From NCBI GenBank assembly GCA_019118505.1, contig DWYU01000084.1:11563-75562 (forward strand): a stretch of 64,000 nucleotides of DNA, written 5' to 3'. The translations under genes and the position numbers were made by a program. This document shows, one piece after another, positions 10,946-22,118 of this stretch (its first letter is position 1; the number at the start of each line of letters is the position of its first letter). The stretch comes from Candidatus Oscillibacter excrementavium. Lineage in GTDB: Bacteria; Bacillota; Clostridia; Oscillospirales; Oscillospiraceae. The notes below the pieces were generated by a model. It was not told where the DNA came from. It did no database searches and saw only the letters and a list, made by a program, of their open reading frames with translations.

Positions 10946-10995
10946 GTTTCGGGACACGGATTCCCGAAAGCCCAAAACAGAAAGGTAGGATCTGA

Positions 10996-11664
10996 ATGTA
11001 TCACTTCAGTACAGAGGCATTTGGGGAAGCCCTGCGGACCATTGCCGGAGCGGTGCACATCACGTTGGGACTGACCTTCGGTTCCTTTATTCTGGCGTTT
11101 GTGCTGGCCATCTTCATGGCAATGCTCTCTCTTTCCAAAAACCGCGTGATCCAGTGGATTCTGCGGGTGTGGATCTCCCTGTTCCGGGGGACGCCGCTGC
11201 TGGCGCAGCTGTTCTTCTTTGTGTACGGCCTGTTTCCTCTGATCCCAGGCCTCAAGGACATGGCCCTTTTGCCCAAGGGCATCCTGTGTCTGGCCCTGGC
11301 GTTTTCCGCCTTTATGTCCGAGACCATTCGCGGCGCCATCCAGTCCGTGGACAAGGGGCAGATGGAGGCCTGCCTCTCCTGCGGCATGACCACCGGCCAG
11401 GCGTACCGGCGCGTGGTGCTGCCCCAGGCGTTCCACTTGGCTGTCCCCTCTCTGATGAACAACTTTATTGAGTGCTTCAAGGGCACGGCCCTGGTGTCCA
11501 TGGTGGGCGTCACGGATATGATGCTGACGGCCAAGATGCTGACGGCACGGAACCTCCGCTTTGTGGAGGGCTATCTGGCGGTCCTGCTTCTGTACTGGGT
11601 CATCAACATGGTGTTCGTGGCCATCCAAAAGCGGCTGGAACTCCGGCTGGACGCCAAATATTGA
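10996..11664 (+). CDS. Amino-acid ABC transporter permease (HisM/TcyB-like)
   Basis: [31 protein letters not shown] (EAA loop), VVLPQA. Confidence 0.9.
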   Translation: MYHFSTEAFGEALRTIAGAVHITLGLTFGSFILAFVLAIFMAMLSLSKNRVIQWILRVWISLFRGTPLLAQLFFFVYGLFPLIPGLKDMALLPKGILCLALAFSAFMSETIRGAIQSVDKGQMEACLSCGMTTGQAYRRVVLPQAFHLAVPSLMNNFIECFKGTALVSMVGVTDMMLTAKMLTARNLRFVEGYLAVLLLYWVINMVFVAIQKRLELRLDAKY

Positions 11665-11677
11665 GGAGGGAACTGCC

Positions 11678-12418
11678 ATGATTCGATATGACAATATCCA
11701 CAAGGTCTTTGGGGACCTGGAGGTGCTCAAGGGCATCAGCTTTGAGATCGGGACCGGCGAGGTGGTGTGCATTCTCGGCCCCTCCGGCTCCGGCAAGACC
11801 ACGCTGCTGCGGTGCACGAACTTTTTGGAGATCCCCACCCGGGGCAAGGTGACCATCGCGGACCTGACGGTAGATGCGGAGCACTTCACGAAGGAGCAGG
11901 TGAATCAGCTCCGGCGGCACAGCACCATGGTTTTTCAGAACTACAACCTGTTCCGGAACATGACCGCCCTGGAGAACGTCATGGAGTGCCTGGTGACCGT
12001 CCAGAAAAAGCCCAAGGCAGAGGCCAGGGAGATCGCGGAGCACTTCCTGAATCAGGTGGGCATGGGGCAGCGGATGGACTACTATCCCAGCCAGCTCTCC
12101 GGCGGCCAGCAGCAGCGGGTGGGCATCGCCCGGGGCCTGGCGCTGAACCCCCACGCCATTTTGTTCGACGAGCCCACGGCTGCCCTGGACCCGGAGCTGG
12201 TGGGCGAGGTGCTGAACACCATGAAGGAGGTGGCCAAATCCGGCATCACCATGGCGGTGGTCACCCACGAGATGGGCTTTGCCCGGGATGTGGCGGACCG
12301 CGTGGTGTTTATGGACGGCGGCGTGGTGGTGGAACAGGGCAAGCCGGAAGAGGTGTTCGACCATCCCCAGAATGAGCGGACCCGGCAGTTCCTGCGGGCC
12401 GTGACCACCAGAGGCTGA
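11678..12418 (+). CDS. Amino-acid ABC transporter ATPase (GlnQ-like)
   Basis: [37 protein letters not shown]. Confidence 0.92.
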   Translation: MIRYDNIHKVFGDLEVLKGISFEIGTGEVVCILGPSGSGKTTLLRCTNFLEIPTRGKVTIADLTVDAEHFTKEQVNQLRRHSTMVFQNYNLFRNMTALENVMECLVTVQKKPKAEAREIAEHFLNQVGMGQRMDYYPSQLSGGQQQRVGIARGLALNPHAILFDEPTAALDPELVGEVLNTMKEVAKSGITMAVVTHEMGFARDVADRVVFMDGGVVVEQGKPEEVFDHPQNERTRQFLRAVTTRG

Positions 12419-12432
12419 GCGGAGGGATCGTG

Positions 12433-13698
12433 ATGGAACGTGATTATTTGACATTGGCCCAGGCGGAACAGGCGTACACGGTCAAACTCCGCCGCTATTT
12501 CCACCAGCATCCGGAAGTGGGACCTGCGGAGCAGGTGGAGACCATGGCTGCCATCTGCCGGGAGCTGGAGACGCTGGAAATCCCCTATGAGCGGGTTCCC
12601 GGCGGCGGGATTCTGGGATTTCTGGGAGACCCCGCCCGGGGAAAGACCGTCCTCCTGCGGGCGGACATTGACGCCCTGCCCATTCAGGAGGACCCCGACA
12701 ATCTGAAGGGGCCCCGGGTCTGCATCTCCCAAAAGCCGGGAGTCATGCACGCCTGCGGACATGATGGGCATATCGCCATGCTGCTCACCGAGGCCAAAAT
12801 CCTCAAGTCCATGGAGTCAGAGCTGAAGGGCGCTGTCCTGCTGGCCTTTGAGGAGGGGGAGGAGGGCCATCGGAACATCGAAGCACTTCTCCCCTATATG
12901 GAGCGGCGGGGCCTGCGGCCGGATACCTGCTACGCCACCCATGTGCGCTGGGATCTGGAAGCGGGGAAACTCCATGTCGTGGACGGCACCGCCATGGCGG
13001 GCCTGTATGTGTTCCGCTGTGAGCTCCACGGCCTCTCCGGCCACGGCTCCCGGCCGGATCTGGCCCGCAGCACCCTGGACTGCTTTGTCAACGTCTATGA
13101 CCTGCTCCAGACGGTCCGCATGGATCACCTGAGCCCGGACAAACGGCTGACGTTCTCCGTCGGAAAGGTCACCTGCGGCACGGCGGACAATGTGATTCCA
13201 GATCAGCTGGTGTTTGAGGGCACCATCCGATTTTTCGAGCGGGACAGCGGCAGAATCTTCTGGGAGGAGTTCAAGCGCATCCTCAAGACCATCTGCGAAT
13301 ACCACGGCTGCACCTATACGCTTACCTGCCGGTTCGCCCTGCTGCCCAGCATCAGCGACCGGACCTGCCGGCGGCTGTGGGAGCGGGCGATAGAGCGGCA
13401 CCTGGGCAAGGAGCACCTGGGGGAGTGCGAACCCTGGATGGCCTCGGAGTCCTACAGCTACTTTTTGAGTATGTGCCCCGGCGTTCTGGTGTTCACCGGC
13501 ATCCGCAACGAGGCACTGGGCTCTGGCGCCAATCACCACACGCCCCAATTTGACCTGGATGAGGCGGCGCTGCCGGTTGGAGTGGCCAGCGCGGTGGCCT
13601 ACACCCTGGACTTTCTGGAGGAGCAGCCGCAGATCCCGGGCTTCCAGCCCCTCTGCAGCAGCGCGGAGGAGATCATTCGCCTCAACCATCCAAATTGA
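12433..13698 (+). CDS. M20D family amidohydrolase
   Basis: [40 protein letters not shown]. Confidence 0.88.
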   Translation: MERDYLTLAQAEQAYTVKLRRYFHQHPEVGPAEQVETMAAICRELETLEIPYERVPGGGILGFLGDPARGKTVLLRADIDALPIQEDPDNLKGPRVCISQKPGVMHACGHDGHIAMLLTEAKILKSMESELKGAVLLAFEEGEEGHRNIEALLPYMERRGLRPDTCYATHVRWDLEAGKLHVVDGTAMAGLYVFRCELHGLSGHGSRPDLARSTLDCFVNVYDLLQTVRMDHLSPDKRLTFSVGKVTCGTADNVIPDQLVFEGTIRFFERDSGRIFWEEFKRILKTICEYHGCTYTLTCRFALLPSISDRTCRRLWERAIERHLGKEHLGECEPWMASESYSYFLSMCPGVLVFTGIRNEALGSGANHHTPQFDLDEAALPVGVASAVAYTLDFLEEQPQIPGFQPLCSSAEEIIRLNHPN

Positions 13699-13722
13699 TC
13701 CTGTTGACGGAGGTGCAGAACT

Positions 13723-14352
13723 TTGGACAACTATGTCATTACCCTTGGCCGGCAGTTCGGCAGTCTGGGCAGGGCCATCGCCCATGAGACGGCGGACCTG
13801 CTGTCGATCCAGTATTACGACCGGGACATCGTGGAGGAAGTGGCCAAACGGATGAAACAGCCGGTCAAGGTGATCAGCCAGGTGGAAGAGGAGGCCAAGA
13901 GCCGCTTCGGCGTCTTTGGCAAGATGCTCTTTCCCTTGGGAGACGGCACCCGGGAGCTGCAGGACCGGACCTTTTTCGTCCAGGAGTGTGTCCTGCGGGA
14001 CTTTGCGGACCGTGGCCCCTGCATTCTGGTGGGCCGCTGCGCCGACTATGTGATGCAGGGCCGGGAGAATCTCCTGCGGGTGTTTATCTACGCCCCCAAG
14101 GAGGCCCGGATTCGGAACTGTGTGGAACAGCTGCACATGGACCGGGAACAGGCCTATAAGATGTGCGCGGATGTGGATCGGGCCAGGGCGCGCTACCATG
14201 AGCGGTACGCCGGGTACCCGGTGATGGATCCTGAGCACTTCGACGTAATGATGAACAGCGATTTGCTGGGGGTGTCTGGAACGGCCGCCGCTCTTGCGGA
14301 TTTGGCGCGGAGAAAATTTCATCTGCCGGATCCATCCGCCAAGGAGCTGTGA
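13723..14352 (+). CDS. Cytidylate-kinase-like family protein
   Basis: ITLGRQFGSLG, YYDRDI, VGRCADY, VFIYAP, DxARARY; TTG start after ggagg. Confidence 0.8.
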   Translation: MDNYVITLGRQFGSLGRAIAHETADLLSIQYYDRDIVEEVAKRMKQPVKVISQVEEEAKSRFGVFGKMLFPLGDGTRELQDRTFFVQECVLRDFADRGPCILVGRCADYVMQGRENLLRVFIYAPKEARIRNCVEQLHMDREQAYKMCADVDRARARYHERYAGYPVMDPEHFDVMMNSDLLGVSGTAAALADLARRKFHLPDPSAKEL

Positions 14353-14384
14353 TGTTCCGCTTCAGACAGCCAGATGCAGTGTCG

Positions 14385-14539
14385 GTGAATTTCGGCCACC
14401 TTGTGGAAAACGGCCTCCACTGCTTTTATTTCCATGGGCCCCGGCCGGGCGGAAGATGGACCTCATCCGGGAGACCGGCCGGGCCTGCATTGCGATGGAA
14501 GCGGGGTGTCAACTGCGGACAGCGGAGCAGGCGTGTGGA
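14385..14539 (+). pseudogene. Fragment of a pyridoxamine-5'-phosphate-oxidase/NimA-family gene
   Basis: VNFGHLVENGLHCFYFHG in one frame joins APAGRKMDLIRETGRACIAMEAG..ACG in the next (one G missing near 14437); resembles the NFG...FYFHG...GRK.D.I family pattern; both ends lost. Confidence 0.55.
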
Positions 14540-14554
14540 CTGCCGCCACCTTTC

Positions 14555-15079
14555 TTACAAAACGAGCTCGTAGAGCCTGAATTGCATGGGAGCGCCAATA
14601 TCCGCATAGGTAATTTCTACGGTATCCACATATTGAAAGCCAAAAGACTGGTACACCTTTACCGGAATGTCGTTTCCCACAATGCAGTCCAGGCGGATCG
14701 CCTTCTGGCTCCAGTTTTTGGCGGTCCGGATCGCGTGTTCCACAAGCTGCTTTGAAAACCCGCGGCCCCCATAGTCCGGCAGAACCCGCAGGGCGTGGAG
14801 AATCACAACTTCGTCAGGCGCCGCATCAATCTGCCATCGGACCGTGTGGTAGGCGTCGTCACAATCATGGTTCATGATATAGGCGGCCACGATCTTTCCG
14901 CCTTCTATCCCAATAAACTGCGTTCCGCTGGCAATCGCACCTTTTACCATATCGGGCGAGGGAAAGCCCCCCTGATCCCCGTTGGGCAGGAAATCCTTTT
15001 CCGCCAGGACACGGCACATCAAGTCGTAAAAGGACAGGATTTCCGCAAAATGATCCATCGTGGCTTGTTCCAGCTTCAT
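14555..15079 (-). CDS. GNAT family N-acetyltransferase
   Basis: LRVLPDYGGRGFS acetyl-CoA motif, IRLDC, VYQSFGF. Confidence 0.85.
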   Translation of the reverse strand: MKLEQATMDHFAEILSFYDLMCRVLAEKDFLPNGDQGGFPSPDMVKGAIASGTQFIGIEGGKIVAAYIMNHDCDDAYHTVRWQIDAAPDEVVILHALRVLPDYGGRGFSKQLVEHAIRTAKNWSQKAIRLDCIVGNDIPVKVYQSFGFQYVDTVEITYADIGAPMQFRLYELVL

Positions 15080-15680
15080 CTTGACACCACCTCATATCCC
15101 GAACGTATTTGTGTATCTCAAATTTACCACAGAACCATGAGAATTTCCACCTTTTCAATATGCGGGCGCTTGGCCGGACCACCGGCAGCCAGAGCCTGAG
15201 AGATGGATGAAAGGGGCCCGTGTGCGGGGACAAAGAAGCGGAGAATCCTGTGAAAATCAATGCTCCCTTTCAAGGGAATCGGAAGAACGGCGTGGGGCAT
15301 GTTGTCCCACGCCGTTTGATTTTGCGGCAGGGTTCCCGCTGCGCTGCGCCGTGAGACCCGACAAAATGGGGAAACGGTTCCGGCACATGTCCGCGGAAGT
15401 GCTGCATAGCAAAAATTTTGACCATTTCGGAGGCGAACGAGCTCCGCCGTATCAACCTTCCGGGAAAAACCGTTGGCAAAATCGGCGAACCATTAAAGTT
15501 GCAAATGCTATTGTGCTTTGGCGGCATCTGGGGCGCCTGTGAACGGAATGGGGTTGGAACATCCGGCCGGGACGCGGTCCGCGGAATCCGGCGGAGCATG
15601 GGGATAAGATCGCCTGTTTGATGGCTCCGAACATCAAATGGGGATTGTTTTGCGTTAAGGTGTTTGGTATGGGAAGAGCG

Positions 15681-18600
15681 ATGTGGAAAAATCGACATGG
15701 GTTCACGCTGGTGGAAATGCTGGCCGTCGTAGCAGTTCTGGTGATTTTGCTGGCGGTGTCTGCGGTGGGGGTCGTCAGGTATCTCCGGCAGACCCGGATT
15801 ACGGAGCTGGACAACGCCGCCCGGGAGATCTATCTGGCGGCCTAAAATCGCGCCATCCTGCTGCAGGGCAGCCAGCGTCTGGAAGGGCTGGTGGTCCAGG
15901 CGGGGAATCGGATCGAGCACGTGGATGTCATTCCGGGGGCAGAGGCCAGCGAGGAGGGGACCACCCAGATCACTGTCTATTACTGCCACAGTCAGGACGC
16001 CGCCATGGAGGACCTGCTGCCCCGGGAGACCATCGAACCCTCCCTGTGGGAGGGGGACTTCTACATCGTCTACGAGCCGGAGAGTGCCAGCGTGGTGGAT
16101 TGTTCTTCTCCCGGGAGACCCTGCCGGTAGGCGGCGATTTTGAGGACTTCTATCAGCAGTGGCGGGCGGCGCCCAGGACCAAGCGGATGGACCAGGACCC
16201 CATGATCGGGTACTTCGGCGGCCAATCCGCTGAGAGCGGCACCTCCATCTCCCTGCGCACCCCGGTCATCAACATCTACAATGAGAACACCCTGTGGGCG
16301 GAGGTCACCTACTGGGTGCCCAATACGATGGCCCTGACAGGTGAAGAGAAAAACGTGCACCTGAATGTGATCCTGACCTATCAAGACGTTCCCGTCACGC
16401 TGGAACCCGAGCAGGCCGAAAACGGCGGCGCCGTGGAGGACGAGGGGATCGTCTATCGGTCCTACACCTATGCCTGGACGCTGGACTCCCTGGAGGACGG
16501 CGCGCAGTTCCGGGATCTCTTTGAAAACGCTGACAATGCGAACACGGACGATCTGACCTTTGGCGGCGACTTTGAACTCACCGCCGAGGTGTCCTATGAA
16601 GGCGGCTCCCTGGTGGTCAACGGCGCCCGCAAGACGGCCTCGGACAACAGCCTCTTTGCCAGAGGCAGCGGGAAAGAGACCGCATACATCGCCTGCCTGC
16701 GGCACCTGCAGAACCTGGACGCCGCATTCTCCGGCGCGGCAGGGAAGACCGCAGCGGAGCAGACCGCTGACATTCCCGCTGTGGAGGGCTATGTGTTCCG
16801 GCCCATCGACAACAACCAGCTCCGGTCCTATGACGGCGGCCGGTATACCATCCGGGACCTGGAGATCGGGACGGACCATGAGAATGCGGGCTTGTTCGGC
16901 GCTTTCGAGGGGACCAAGGGGGTTCGAAATACCCTGACGGGCATCCGTCTGGTGAACACCTCTGTCCGCCAGGAGAATGCGGAGGCCTCCGGTGCCCTGG
17001 CCGGCACGGCCTCCCATGTAAATATCTCGGACTGCCTCGTGTACTGGGAGAACAACGCCGACGAGACCGCCAGCCTCCGGGAGGTGCTGGGGGACAGCGC
17101 CAGCAGCCTGCGCTACCAGATCATCTCCGGTACCGGCTTTGCCGGCGGCCTGGCGGGGAAGCTGTCGGATGCGCAGGTGTCTGACTCCGCTGCCGCCACC
17201 CTGGTCAGCGGCAAAACTGCCGGCGGCCTGGCAGGCCGGGCGGAGAATGTCACCGTCTCCGGTTCTTACGCGGACTGCTATCTGACCGGAGACGCCGCTG
17301 CGGGCCTGTTCGGAAACCTGAATGAGACGGCAACGATCTCCAACAGTTATGCCGCCGGATTTATCGCGTCGGAGGATGGGGATACCGCTGCCGGCCTGTG
17401 CCTGGGCGGCGGAAACGCCACCGTCAGGTGCTCCTACAGTGCCATGCTGTTCTCCAAGGGGAGCGACAACTACCCGCTGTGCGAGGCTGCGGGCAGCGTC
17501 TACGACCAAACCTACTATCTGGACTCTGACCGGTTTGCGGACGATCCTAAAATTGACGGCAGAGCCCTGACCTACGCCCAGCTGACCAATACGGCGCTGT
17601 GGGACAACTTCTTTGGGGGCGCCTTCACCCGGAAGAGCGCGGCGGACTCCCACCCCTATAACCTGCAGACCACGCTGACCCTGACCCGGTACATCTACCC
17701 CGGCCTGCCGGGGCTGACCCACTACGGCGACTGGGGCGCCCAGTTTCAAAACGGGGATCTGGTGTACTACGAGAAATACGCGGACGGGTCTTATGGCTTC
17801 AGCGGCGGCGGTGTGAACCACCTGCAGAATGACCGAACGGTGATTCTGGACGGCTACGCCGTGGCCTATAACGACACGGATTTCAGCGCGTCTCTGGGCG
17901 TTGCGCTGGACATGACGTATCCCACGGAAACCGGCGGCGAGACCACGAAAGGGATTCACTACTCATACGGCAACGGGAATATGTATACCATCACCGGCAC
18001 GAATCCCCTGACCGACCGGGAGGAGACCTACTACCTGCTGCCCCTGCCGGCGGAGATCGTCAACACGGGATACGCCTCCGAGGACTTCTATCAGACCATC
18101 ACCGTTGCTGAGACGGTGGGAGAGAGCCGGACCTATTACTATAACCCCCATTTTGCCAACGTCCCCCTCTCCTACGAGGAGGACCTGGACCTGAGCCAGC
18201 AGGCCGACCATCTCCCGGTGAGTGTGCGCACCCCCCGGCACCTGTACATGCTCAGCCGGTTCGAGACCTATTTCGCCAGCGAACACCAGTATCGCTTCCA
18301 GCAGGAGCTGGCGCTGGACTATACTGCCTACATCGGGTATGACGATGACATTTTTACCGGAAAACTGGTTTCCCAATCCCCCATCGGCGTGGACGGGGAC
18401 GCGCCCTTCCGCTGCACTTACGACGGCGGCGGGCTCGCCATCACCGGCGTCGTGCCTGCTGACAGCGGCAAATCGGACTATGTGGGCCTCTTCGGGTACA
18501 GCTCCGGCGTCATCCGGGATGTGGTCTACCGCATGGAGGATGCGCCCCTCACCCTGACCCGGTCCGGCAGCGACACCACCGTCTACGTGGGCGCCCTGCT

Positions 18601-21600
18601 GGGGAGCAACAGCGGCACGGTCTCCAACTGCGCCGTGTACGGGGTGGAGATCACCGTCAACTGCTACAACTACTCGACAGTCTATCTGGGAGGGCTTGCC
18701 GGAGAAAATCGCGGGTCCATCCGCGCCAGTGCAGCCGAGGCGGCCCGGCTCTACGCCCTGTGTACCATGTCCAACGCCTATGCCGGCGGTTTTGTGGGCG
18801 GCAACCAGAGCGGCGGGCGCATCGAGCAGAGCTACGCGGTGGGCCGGGTCAGCGTCTCCCGGGCCCGGTACGGCGATGTGGCGGCGGCCGGTTTTGCCGC
18901 CAGCAGCCAGGGCACCCTTTCCCGCAGCTACGCTGCCGCGGCCCTGGAGGCGGAGGGCGGCGCGGCCCGGTACGGCTTTGCCGGCGGTGAGAGCGCAAAC
19001 TGCTTCTACCTGGACGGCGGCAACTTCACCTATCGGGATCTGCACTTTGTGGCCCGGTATGAGGACGGCGGCGGGGCCCAGGGCGCGGCCTGGAGCCAGC
19101 TGACGGACAAAAACGGGAAGGCCGCCGCATCCCTGGGCATGGGCTTTGTGGCGGACGAGAACGGCTACCCCTATCCCGCCGCAGTGACGGACGGGGAGGG
19201 CCGGCTCGTGCACTACGGCCAGTGGCCGGAGCCCATGGGCCTGGGGGATTTCGGCGTCTTCTACTGGGAGCGCATGGAGATCGACGGCGCGGATACCTAC
19301 GCCATCAGCGCTATCGCGGCCTTCAGCGACGCAAATCGAACCGAGAAAGTCAGCACCCTGTCCACCGCCCACGGCGACGGCGGCGTGGTGGAGGAGTACG
19401 GCTATGGATATTATTGGTTGGAAGATCAAGAGGTCTCCCGCACCAGCAGCGACATTTTAGGAGGAAACGGTGAAAACCAGGATGCCAATACGGCCCTGTC
19501 CGACTTGATGGAGGGCCGCTATGCCTTCCATTGCTTCAACACCTGGGGCACAACAGAGGAGGACCAGGGGCTCTATCTCTCTGAAATAACTGCCAGCACC
19601 AACAGCACACAGCAGCCGCCCAGCGGCACTTGGACGGTGTCCAGCGGCGGAAGCTCCCTTACCGTCCGACTGAATCCCTTCTTCGCCGATTCCATGTCGG
19701 TGGAGACGGGTAACGACTGGGCGGCAGGGGCGGACGTCCCCACCGCCCGGCCCGGCACGAAGGACAACCCCTACGGCGTGCGGAGTATCCACCAGCTGCA
19801 ATTCATCAACTGGAACCATAAGAACCAGAACACCTCAACTGTCCTCTACAATACTTCTAGTAACCAGCAGGACTTTATGTACCTGTCCTATGTAGCTCAA
19901 ACATTATGGGGTGGTTCTAACGAGGTGGATCGAACGTATTACTGGCTCCAGACCCACGATCTGGATGGCAGCGATGTGGAGGAGTATACTCCAATTGCCG
20001 CCTTCCGGGATGAAACTCCTTGGACGATGGAAACAGGAGCCATGGCCTACGGCTGGTTTGGCGGCAGCTACAACGGAAACGACTATACGATCCAAAACCT
20101 AAATATCTACACAGAAAAGATTAACACCACGGGCTTATTCGGCTTTACCCTGGATGCGGAACTCCAGAACATTATTTTATATGCCCCGGAGGGAGACGGC
20201 CTTATCCGATCTTATAGTCCTGAGGGCGATAACAACTGGTACGCTGTAGGCGCTCTGGTGGGCTTGGCGGCCAACACCGCAGGAAGTGACCGCGTCATCT
20301 CAAACTGCGCTGTGGCTGGCTATGTCATCTTGGACGATAATGGCGGATGCGCCTATGGCGGCGGTGGCGTGGGCGGCTTGGTCGGCATCTGCAATATGGC
20401 CTTGGAGAACTGTACCGCTGTCACGGACATCCGGTTGAACTTTACACATAGCGATAGTGCGCGGAATGTCCGGGCAGGCGGTCTGGTCGGTTCCTGCCAG
20501 CGTGGAATTACCAATTGTTATGCTGGTGGTAGTATCCAGGCAGATCTTAGCGTCAAACAACGTAATTCGAGAGTTCACGCGGGCGGCATTGTAGGCGGGT
20601 ACTTTATGAAAACTTTGCAAATAAACAGAGTTATCATTGGAGCGGATACCGAGGGCTCCACCGGAAGGACCAATCCTACCATTCAAAACTGTTACAGCTA
20701 TGTGAGACTGCCGCGTCAAACTGACCTGCCGGCAAATTCCCATCTGTTCGCCATTGGAGGACGGGGAGAGATTGCATATATGAACGGCAGCTACCGATTC
20801 AATTATAAAAACTGCTACTATCTGGAAAGCTGTCTGACCGGTGCGCCCGGCAATTACCTGGATGTGGGGGCACCCGGCGTATCCGAAGCCAGCTTCGCCG
20901 AGCTCTCCGTCGGCGGCAGCGCCTATGAGGCCCTGCTTGCCGCCCGCTTCGCCCCCGTCACCACCACCACATCCACCGGCGACCCCATCGACGGCCGGTA
21001 CAGCTTCGGCACGGACCGCAGCCTGCTGGGCACCAACTATCCGTTCCCCACCATCCTGACCCAGAGCAGCGACCTGGTGGAGGGCGGCCAGGCCCACGTC
21101 CATTACGGCGACTGGGCGGTCCAGGGCATCCTGCGGGAAAACGGCGCCCTGCCGGTCCAGATGGACCTGTTCGCGGACTACCAGGCAGGAGCGGGCGCCG
21201 TCCGCTCGGAGGAACTGACCCTGTCCAACCTGAGCGGCAGCGGCAGCTGGTCTGCAGCGAGTGCTGACCCGGCGGTGGCGACGGCCAGCCTGGCACATAC
21301 CCAGGCCCAGGGGGGCACCAACACCCTCACCATTAAAGCTCAAGCAGCGGGCAGCACCCAGGTGACCATCACCTATACGGAGAGCGGCCAGACCTACACC
21401 CTGACCATCGACGTGAACGTGACGGCGGACCTGCGCCTGTCGGCGGACAGCGGTGTCCTGGAGATGTTTGTCCAGGAGGAGTCCGCCCAGGCGGCCCTCC
21501 ATTGGACGAATGCCGAGGGGAAGGCTTTGCCGGAGACCCTGACGGACGGCATTGCCGTCTCCGAATTCTCGGCCTCCTACGACATGGGACGCTTTGCCTC

Positions 21601-22090
21601 CGCCTCCGTGGCGGAGGAGGACGGTTCCATCGTCCTCACCGCATCCACCCTGTCGGAGGATGGACCGGCCCAGATGACGGTGACCTACACCTTCACTTAC
21701 CTGGGCCAGACCTACACGGCTTCCAGTGTCCTGAGCCTGGACGTACACCCCGGCTTTGCCCTGACCCCGGTAGAGGCGGCGTTTGCCGGCAGCCAGAGCC
21801 AGCAGACCATCTTTTACGATGGAGCACAAATCGGCTCCATTCAGGTGGGAGGCCAGCAGGTGACGGTCACGGATGTGACCATCACCGGGTTTGAGGACGT
21901 GGAGGGCTTCCGGGAGCAGATCTTCGCCCAGTGGGCGGATGAAGCTCACGGACAGCTGGAGATCGAGGTCTCCCCGCCGGACGGCGTGACTGAGATGACG
22001 GCCTATCTCCGCGTCCAGCTGCGCTTCACCTACGGCGGCTGCACCCACACCCTGTGGCAGAACCTGCCCATCCACATCACCACCAACTGA
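15681..22090 (+). pseudogene. Giant (~2,136 aa if restored) type IV prepilin-like protein with repeated GLUG-like beta-helical modules; interrupted
   Basis: Starts MWKNRHG|FTLVEMLAVV (class III signal, Glu5). In-frame TAA at 15843-15845; 1-nt deletion at 16100/16101 (gat tg ttc) shifts into the 15683-22090 ORF. Confidence 0.8.
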
Positions 22091-22118
22091 CCCGGCGCTC
22101 CGGGAGAGAGGAGACACC

